Shown piece after piece: positions 55,284 to 64,000 of a DNA stretch of 64,000 bases (its first letter is position 1; each line of letters starts with the position of its first letter). Made by a program: the position numbers and the translations under genes. This stretch comes from Tubiluchus corallicola (lineage: Eukaryota; Animalia; Priapulida), in contig JAQGDQ010000080.1 of assembly GCA_030141605.1 (NCBI GenBank), positions 434,001 through 498,000 of the forward strand, read 5' to 3'. The notes beneath the pieces are model-generated. The model saw nothing but the letters and a program-made list of their open reading frames with translations, was not told the DNA's origin and did not search any database.

Positions 55284-58200
55284 TTAACTATCCCATCTGC
55301 TTTTCTTCACCCGTTTTGTGGAAGTTGGTGAAGAAGCTCTTTTTGCAGAATCTTTATTACTTGATGAAGGCGGAACTGGTGCAGGTGGGGGAGGCATTCC
55401 AACAGATGGTGCAGGTACAGTACCAGATGAGTGAAAAGCTTTTTTGTATGCTGAATGGCTTTCTGCTGGTAACTGGTAATTGCTGGTGTTACCAGCCTGC
55501 ATTGGAGTTTCATGACCTCCTTTCCATTCTGTTTCTGTACTAGCTTTTTGGAAGTGAGATTTATACTGATTCTGGAAAAAATAATAACTTATACCATTTA
55601 ATGAAAAAACTCAATACAGTTGTGATACAGTAAGTACACATTCAGAGTTTGTCAAAGTTAATGAAAATTGTATGTAATAATACACATTCAAAAAATAACA
55701 CTAAAATTATAGGTGCCTTACAATAACATTTCAACATAAACTTAATTTCTACATACCTATTACATGACTAAAATATATAAACACCAAGGATTCAAGATAC
55801 TACAACAAAGTGCCATGTATACAGGGGCGTATTAACTAATAGGCTAACTAGGCCTAAAATTATAGGTGCCTTACAATAACATTTCAACATAAACTTAATT
55901 TCTACATACCTATTACATGACTAAAATATATAAACACCAAGGATTCAAGATACTACAACAAAGTGCCATGTATACAGGGGCGTATTAACCAATAGGCTAA
56001 CTAGGCCTAAAATTATAGGTGCCTTACAATAACATTTCAACATAAACTTAATTTCTACATACCTATTACATGACTAAAATATATAAACACCAAGGATTCA
56101 AGATACTGCAACAAAGTGCCATGTATACAGGGGCGTATTAACCAATAGGCTAACTAGGCTGTAGCCTACGGTGCCAAAGTTTGAGGGTATCACATTTTAG
56201 AAAAAAAATCTTATTCTCCTTGGAAAATATTTACACTTTCATATTCATGTAAAGGGCGCATTTTATAACACAGGCAGTTACTTTGAGCAGCTTTTATACC
56301 AGTGCCACATAATGAACAGATGCTAGGTATTACACAACAAGCAGTTGCGCAGCCTGCTTGAACATAAGCGCAATGCAAATACATGTAATTAATAATGAAC
56401 ACGTAAAAACTAATAATGTTTCTATTTTAATAATGTTTCTAATACACCACAAATAATTGTTTAATCTGCTCATTACATGAACAACCACAAATTCCCAATA
56501 GAGATGGGCGGGACAGAACCATCAGCCTAGGGCATCGTAAAATCCTGATACCTCTGCATGTGTAAAATGAAGCACAAAATATTAGCTTTTTTTAGAAGTA
56601 TAGCACAAAATATCAAAAATACCTGGAAAATAGCTTTCATAGATGCCATTCGTTCACTTTGAGGGCCAGATGCACCCCATACTCCACCAGTGCTTCCTGA
56701 TTTGGAGCCTGATCCATAAGTTCCCACTTTATAACTCTGAAGCAAATAAATAAATTGAAGTAATGATTTCATTAGTGTAATAAGCAACATTTCAAATGAC
56801 TACTGCCAGCTACCAACTAATACAGGTGACAGATGATACAGCTTATCTAGCGACAGATCACACATTTACCACCCTAATGACTTAATTTGTTTTAGACCAG
56901 TTTACTTTACTGCAATCTGCCAAAGCAAAGTTTGGTAGAATGTCATAGTACCTGGAGCAGTTTGTCAAGCTTCTAATTGCGAAAATATCTCAAAAGCAAT
57001 GTGTACGAACAGTGCTCATTATCGCCATCATCGTTATCACTTATCATAACCATCATCATTCTGAGGGTCCATCGTAAAAACAAGTATGACAAAGGAGAAT
57101 TAATTTTTGCATGTACGTGAAACCACTCATAATACTATGTTATGTTTGTGGAAAACTCTGTCAGAAACTTCACAAGTTCACAGAAATAAGATGCTACCAT
57201 TGTAGAAACTTCACAAGTTCACAGAAATAAGATGCTGACATTGTAGAGATTTGCTGCTTCCTTACTTTTCGATCAACTTGTACTTATGTTCTACAAAATT
57301 TTGATGCCAAGAAAACTAGTTTTTCTAGTAATATGAAGTTACTTAATCATACAATGATTTGATGAAGAGATTCAAATAACAGTAAAGAATACAAAATGCG
57401 CAACATTTCAGTCCACCACGGTGGACTATCTTCAGATGAAAAAGAAAAAAGTGCAAACAAATACAATGTTATTTTAGGTATTAATTTTTTTTTAAATTTC
57501 AAACATTTAAATGTTGGCAGAGTGTCTTGAAATGAAACAAAATATCAAATTAAAAGCAACCCAATTCTTGTGAAACCAAAAGCCGCATGTCTTAATGCAA
57601 ATGACAACACATATTGTTTCTCATGATATGCAAGTAGTATATAGTAGTTTATACAACTTACCCCACTATCTGCACTGCCAAGTCCCGGCCGAGACTTAAA
57701 ACCTAAACCAGTAGTAACACGCTTCCCTTTACCTTGTCTAAAGCGTGACTTCTTGAACCATTGCACCTAAAATTAAAATGTAAATGGGACTAAAACTACC
57801 ATTTTCAAATCAGTTCAGAAGGAGATTTGATGAAAATGTAGTATTGAAAATCATGAGGAGATTTAGAAGATGAAAGTTGGTTATTGAGTATTGATAGATA
57901 AACAGCTGATGCCTACAACCAGATTAAGCTGGCACCCGAGAGTCAACGTTGGCACCCACCGTGGGTACTCCTGCAGCAATGACTCTCTTTCGGAATCAAG
58001 TCAGCGCTTGGTTCTTGTCAGGTCAGGGATCTTGGTGACGATGTAGGAAATTGAGCTTTGTTTAGCAGTCGTTGGATCCTTGGTTTGGTCCACGAAAGTT
58101 CCCAGCACTGGCAGGTCGTGCTTGCTGGCAGACTCGTAGCGATGTCTAACGTCATCCAGCTTTGGCTTTCCTAATTGTTTCCAGACCGGTACTGAAATGA

Positions 58201-61200
58201 AATTTTCCGTGGTTGCAGTGTCAAGTTCCATCTTGAACTGTCTGTCTTGGATGTTGACTTCGACATCCACACTAGGAGAGTCTTCAGGAACTTCACCGAG
58301 GATCGCCTTGACAAGCTCATCTTTCGTGATTCTCCTCACGGACTTCCTGGATTTCCAGTCCCATTGCTGTCGTTGCTTCTTCATGCAAAGAGCCTCCAAA
58401 TGTCCTTTCTTTTCACAGAAATGGCACTTGGCATCTTTGTAGAGACAGTCTGTCACTTTGTGGGCCTTTCCACAACTGTAGCACTTTGTATCCGTGTCTG
58501 TGGAATTTGACTACAGATTGTTCCTTCATTGACCCTTGTTCTGGTTCAGCTTGACTTTGATGATGGGCCTGGTCTTGGAACCATAGACATGTTCCTTGAC
58601 AACCTTTGCCATGTCTTCAGTCTCGATAGCGACTTGAACAGCAGAGGCGAAAGTCAGATCTTCATCCTTTATCTTGAAAATAGCCTTCAAGACAGCTTCG
58701 TTGTTGACAGAGCATGTGAATCTCTGCCTCAGAGCTTCATCTTGCAGGTTTTGGATTAAAGAAAAGTTACAGGTAGCAGCATCTTGGCATATGTGAGCTG
58801 CTAACTCCTGGAGAGTTTCGCCTGGCTTCCGTTGCATGTCACTCCAGAACTTGAAACGTTCTTGCACAATGAAGAGTTTTGGGTCAAACTGTTCCTTCAT
58901 AAAGTCGACAATCTCGTCTATTGTCAGTTCGTTGGTATCCTTGGATGGAGACTGTTGAGTCGCTAGATTCGCCAGTTGTTTGTAGATGGCAGCAGTCTGA
59001 TTTGATAGGAAAACTTGAGCCTTGCATTGGTCAGGCACTGTGTTGGCAGCCACAAAGGTCCAAAATCTTGACCAGTAGTCAGGCCACAGTTCAGAAGTTG
59101 GATCAAAAGGAGCAAATGGTGGAATAGCAGCTGTAATCGCCAATGCAGGTGGAAGACGGGTGCTTGAGCTGGAGTTCGATCCTGAAGCAGCCTCCTCATA
59201 GGGTCCATATCTTCTTTGTGCAGATGAATCAGCTAAGCCATTTCTTCTTTATGCTGCTGCACCTGCTGCGTGAGGAACTTGATAAGTTCGACCATCTGCT
59301 CTGCCACTGAGTCACCAAGGATCCTGTCGACTGCACCAATATTTGTTGTGTTTCTTTCTCTCGGACGGCTCATAGAGAAAACAAGAAAACACGTTGTCAA
59401 ATTGAACAGTTTTAGAATTCTACAACACAAAAGTATGAAGGAATGCAAAATATGTACAGACAAGAGATAATCTGGAAACATGTAAACGAGAGTGTGCGCA
59501 TCTAAGAATCTGAGAATACGAGAATAAACATGAGCGGTCAGCTCTGCCTTATATATCAGTGCACATGAACTAAACCAGAACAATCTAGAAACTATTACAT
59601 GCATCTCGTATAGAAAGTTTTCGATACTTCTACAAGGTAAAAAGATTGTTCTACTATACTGCTAATCTTTTGACACCTCTTTTCACTCAATGTCACATGA
59701 ATCGTTTTAGCTACAATTTTTTAGCCTTACTTTAAGCACTAAATTTTGTTTAATGAGCTCACATCCCATAAATGATGCCCACTAGTTAACCCAGATGACC
59801 CTATGTTTATTAATTATGGAATAATTTACCCAAACAAACCATAGCAGGTAGTCAGACAAAGCTAAGCAGATCACAATGATTCATTGCTGTCCCACGTTTA
59901 AATAAAATTCCTTTGGTTGATAAATCTGTCTTATGTTACATAGGTGATTGCTGTGTTCACCTCATTCGCATTTTAGGCATCACAGAAACAACACTAAAAA
60001 GTGGCCCTAATAGAGAACACAGTTCGAAAGTAAGATCAGATGCAGTAAACACGAGTCAATATTATAAGAAAGCACCGGCTGAAAAAGGAAAAAAATCAAA
60101 GCAACCAACCCTAGATTTTTTTATGAAAAAAGCAACAAAGGGAGAAAGGAAAGAAGGAAGAAAAATGGCTGACAGAGGGCAACCAGAGGATGGGACATCT
60201 GTTTCAAATTAAATTTTATATATTAATTTTCATACTTTAGATATTAATTAGCTTTTTAATTAAACAAGCACATAATGCAGACCTGTAAGCAATCTACAAA
60301 GTGTTTAATTTATGAGCCAAGCACTATTGATTTTTCTCCTGCAACATAACTGAAAGATTTTACACAGTCAAGCACAATTAAATTTTGGTCCTTGAACGCA
60401 TATGAAAGTTTTTATATTCTTTCTTATGGAAAACGTTGTTTCGCTTAGCAACATTTCATTTAACAATGTTCCTCGTGAACATGTAAGCGTCGCTAAATGA
60501 GTATGTACTGTAATTTGCTGTATTTGTAGTAAACTCAAAGTGGACCAACCTTAGCAATCAAGGCATTAAAAGAGTCGTGTAGCTTGGATTAGGTCCTGGT
60601 CAAGAAGTAATATTTCATTTGAGGAATATTTTGAGATAGTAGTCAATGCAAAATTTTGGATAAAATTAGAACCAAGAACTACCCGAGTTGTTATATAGTA
60701 TTTGTTTAGTGATTGAATTTATGCAATGCCAAACCTGGTTAGTAAATAGATAGGTAACCACCAGAAAAACAGGCAACTAAGAGATTCTTTTTGACAAACA
60801 GCATTTGGTTATTTATCTCATCAAGAAAGGGTGTATAATTTGGGCATCTAGATATACCTGACAGGTCTGCCATTTCAGTGTTTCATTTTAGTAATTTTTG
60901 GTAAGGAGCAAAAGCCTGTCCCACCACAATCACCTACATTAAGTAAGCCCTGGCTTGCAAACTGTAGAATTGACTGTACAAAAAGATATTAAGTCATGAT
61001 ACATAAAAAACACTGTTCTTGAAAATAGCAACTGCAAATTTAGGCATTCTAAATGACAAGTACTTTACAAACATTTGATGAAAAATCTATTCATCACTTG
61101 TAGTGAAAGAGTGAAAAGAAACACGTTGACAAAGTTGGAAAAGAAAAATAGATACGGTGAGAAAAGAAAGTACAACAGAAAGAAAAATACAAATTGGAAA

Positions 61201-62951
61201 CACTGGCACTGTAAATTATATTAAAAAAATGCAACCAGATCTACTGGAAATTTTTTTTCTTACTTGCATAGCTAAACTCATCAACTCGTCAGGCACTGCT
61301 TGATTTGCTCCTTCAAGGTTTCTCACGAGGTGTCCTGCAAACTCCTTATCTTTGGGTGTCATTAATGTATAAGCAGTACCTTTTTCACCTGTATAATGGA
61401 TAATTGTAAATGAACTGCTAGCATCAGCATGAATGATCTACGACAATTATCAGAAGCAATAACCAAAGGAGTAAAAACTGTTATAATGTCAGTTTAGATA
61501 TAGGTGAATCATTACCACATAAAACTGTTTCATTTTCCTAGTTGCTTACATAGACTATTACTATGATCTAAAAGTTTTCTTCTCTAATCTCCATATTTTC
61601 TCTTTAAGTATTCGAGGTAATACAGTTATATTACCTGCTCTTCCAGTACGACCAATCCTGTGAGTGTGTGTATCAATATCTCGTGCCACGTCATAATTGA
61701 TGACAGTTTTTATAGACAGAATGTCTAAGCCACGAGCTAAAGTAATACAAATTTTATTTTAATATCTATCTTCCATTTGGGTAGTAAATATATTAAAGTT
61801 CAGTACCTTGCATTTTTCTGAAATGAAGCATTCACATTGCAAGACGCAAAGATCTACTAACGTGCTTTCGTTCAATTCATTTACTTCATTCATTCACTTA
61901 AGATGATGTAATAATGTACACTCTTTACCACCACTCCAAGCTAATTGGACATACAATGACATTTATTTTGTTGACTAGGTCAAGTTGGCTCTGAAGGCAC
62001 AATTAATGTACTAGAATTTAAATAGGCTCATTATAATAAGACAAGATTTTTAAAATTTTTAAATCACCTGCTACATCTGTTGCAACTAATATCGGAAACT
62101 TATTTTTCCTGAAGTCATGAATAGTTTCATTTCTTTCAATCTGACTCATGTCGCCATGTAGTAGACCAGCTAGACATAAAAAATAAATTCGTATGATTTT
62201 TATTCACACATAAATTACAGGAAACTTATAAAACACAAATAAGAATATGTTTAAAAATAGTTTTTCGTCTGGGCCAAATATTCCTTACGCTGCAATTTTC
62301 ACTAGTGCGTACAACCTTCATTTCTCAGTGACAGAAATAACTGCAGGTAATATGGTAGTAAATTTCACTGCTATTTCAACACTACAAAAATGCCATTTCA
62401 CTGCCATGTTATTAAATTAACTCAGGCATTAAATTAACCTAGCAACCCATATTTAAATATATTTCTAAGAAAAAAAAATCAGATAATTTATCTTAACTTT
62501 TCACGAAAACTATTTCACTGCATATTCATAAATATTATACACAGAACACAGTATATACACATTGAAATGCTTATTTACAAACAACATTATCACCTTTAAA
62601 ATCCTGCATCTTTAAGTTGTTGCTCAGTTCTTCAGAGTTCTGTTTCTTTGTGACGAAGATGAGCACACTTCCTCCTATCAAAATTGTCAAAACAATCACA
62701 CCCATTACTGCTGAATATCATTTATGTGTAGCAATGGTGCTTTGCAAAAAAATTACAATATAAATACCAACAAAAAGTAACATACATTCTAATTAAGTAA
62801 GAACCATCTAAAATTGCACTGATTACGCATTCCACTAATCCACACAAGTCAGCTTACTTGTTGTAAACTCAACTAATCTCGAGGTGATCCATTTCCATTT
62901 TTCAGGAGGAGTTTCAAAAATTTTTACAATTTGCATCACATCTTCGCTGGC
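55284..62951 (-). CDS. DDX42: ATP-dependent RNA helicase DDX42 (SF3b125), 3' part; 5' exons lie beyond the window end
   Basis: Exons (minus strand) 62951-62858, 62674-62594, 62169-62068, 61736-61635, 61388-61264, 57766-57662, 56736-56623, 55571-55284 join in frame (336 aa plus stop). Motifs [78 protein letters not shown] and C-terminal KKSRWDS. Confidence 0.95.
55701..56159. repeat. Tandem repeat, 3 x 153 bp, nearly identical
   Basis: Units start at 55701, 55854 and 56007 (CTAAAATTATAGGTGCC...); only isolated substitutions between copies. Confidence 0.95.
56128..56556. mobile_element. hAT-like MITE in the last DDX42 intron
   Basis: Termini CAGGGGCGTATT / CTGATACCTCTG; subterminal GCCTA(C/G)GG motifs at both ends; 8-bp flanks CATGTATA / CATGTGTA. 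Confidence 0.65.
57163..57247. repeat. Tandem duplication, 2 x 41 bp
   Basis: AGAAACTTCACAAGTTCACAGAAATAAGATGCT..CATTGT repeated at 57163 and 57204. Confidence 0.9.
57401..57435 (-). other. Hammerhead-ribozyme-like motif typical of Penelope-like element termini (probably degenerate)
   Basis: Minus strand reads CTGAAGA-T-AGTCCAC-CGTG-GTGGACT-GAAA-TGTTG: a CUGANGA box, a perfect 7-bp stem II and a GAAA box. Confidence 0.5.
57915..59640 (-). mobile_element. Ty3/Gypsy LTR retrotransposon remnant (5' LTR part, PBS, gag, protease; RT and integrase deleted) in a DDX42 intron
   Basis: Gag-like ORF 59143-58526 (W..Y..RF..F...ERFKF....KPGET..E); zinc knuckles CYSCGKAH...C and [14 protein letters not shown]; aspartic protease MELDTAT (58456-58001). 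PBS TGGTGCAGTCGACAGGAT at 59338-59321, next to an LTR end ...CAACA at 59344. Frameshifts and stops are present. Confidence 0.88.
59960..60510 (+). mobile_element. Tigger/pogo transposon 3' remnant (transposase C-terminus plus right TIR)
   Basis: [10 protein letters not shown]......QYYK....[16 protein letters not shown] resembles pogo/Tigger C-termini. The right TIR ...GCGTCGCTAAATGAGTATGTACTG|TA is the inverse of the terminus type at 38536. Confidence 0.7.
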
Positions 62952-63269
62952 CTGTAACAAACAACTGACTATACTTCATGGAATTTCATTATCCACCAAA
63001 GCTGAAGCAGCAACAACAAACTAATTACCTCATTAGATATACAGCATTCAATTTCTGACTTGTCTAAAATGGAAATGTAAAAACAAATTTAAAATTATTA
63101 TAATTAATACTGTTGACAACATAGATGGCCCACAGGACCTCCCAAATTACTTGCTACGTATTACTATTCTGTTGCTTATCTAACATCATATGTTTTCTAA
63201 ATTGCTTGGCAATTGTTCCTATAGCTGTAAGTTTGACAAAATCTTGGAGAATTATTGCTGGTAATCGTT

Positions 63270-63752
63270 TATTATTTAGTATGCATTTAAACTGCAAAAT
63301 GCCAAAATGAAAAATGTTTCAAGAAATATTATTAAAAGGTACTTTGCCATAGAATTCATTACAAAAATTTTCAACACAAAAAAACACATTTAGCCAGAGC
63401 TTAATAATCAAATTTCTTCACTGCCCCTCGAATTATTTTGAGCTGGTCTTTATAGCTGCCCGTTTACTGGGTTCATGATTTTTGTACTAAGATTTCTCCA
63501 ATTACCACCCACAGGCATTGGTCAAAAAATGAAATGAGTTAGTGTAACTTAGCTTTATTGTTTCTCTGTCATTTGGCTTGGTGTAACACGATGTGTAAGT
63601 TTGCAATTTAAAACTTGTCTTGTTTGTTTGTCATTGGGTTGATTTTGACATATATGTATTTTACAAATGTATTTTTATTTAGGCGATTGTTGTGTGACTA
63701 TGACCTACTCTAGGTCGAAACGTTACAAAGATATTGTGTTTGAATAAAAGTC
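63270..63752 (+). mobile_element. Penelope-like retroelement 3' remnant
   Basis: HI*PELNNQISSLPLELF* at 63385-63441 resembles the PLE GIY-YIG C-terminus. It is followed by a degenerate hammerhead-like GTGACTAT-GACCTA-CTC-TAGGTC-GAAACGTT (63694-63724) and AATAAA. Confidence 0.6.
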
Positions 63753-64000
63753 ATGCCATTTCTTAATTGGATGCTGGCTTTTATTTTTATTTCAAGAATA
63801 CATTTTCTCCATCAACAATCAATTTCAGCACAATTATAAATACTTAGTTTACCACCCACAGCAGTCTTTAATTTGGTACAATCATGACAGACTATAGCAT
63901 TAATTTAAATGTTGCAATGGCATTATACCATTAGGATGTGTCAAAATGGCATTCATAATTATTTCTGAGGTAACCCAGAAGCTGTTATAGTAAAAAACCC

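Noticed and set aside
55701-56159. CRISPR-like array
   Set aside because: Whole units are identical with no unique spacers, the context is a eukaryotic intron, and there are no cas genes.
57827-57910. C/D snoRNA candidate (TTGATGA ... CTGA)
   Set aside because: Antisense to the host gene DDX42 and lacks a terminal stem.

Overview
AT-rich, intron-containing eukaryotic DNA from an invertebrate animal (the lineage cannot be fixed from sequence alone). I assembled five spliced protein-coding genes by hand from splice sites and reading-frame continuity. (1) A TRIM-NHL ubiquitin ligase of the nhl-1/Thin type (+, 1501-7967, about 1050 aa). (2) A SEC22A/C-type longin-domain trafficking protein (+, 22483-26814, 307 aa), mostly missed by the ORF track. 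(3) Mitochondrial methylmalonyl-CoA mutase MMUT (-, 18 coding exons, 750 aa). (4) Cytochrome c (+, 110 aa). (5) The 3' half of DEAD-box helicase DDX42 (-, continuing past the window end). Introns and intergenic DNA are full of decayed mobile elements: LINE fragments (RTE-like, CR1), a Gypsy gag-protease remnant with a tRNA-Ser-like primer site, Penelope-like ends with hammerhead-like motifs, and hAT-, pogo/Tigger-, Harbinger- and Kolobok-like MITEs. Micro- and minisatellites are also present. I found no convincing wholly new system. The best leads are in-frame cassette exons with a GC-AG intron in the TRIM-NHL linker, a probable compact bidirectional MMUT/CYCS promoter containing a CR1 relic, hammerhead-like RNA motifs in DDX42 introns, and orphan splice signals in the 14.5-kb gene-free gap.
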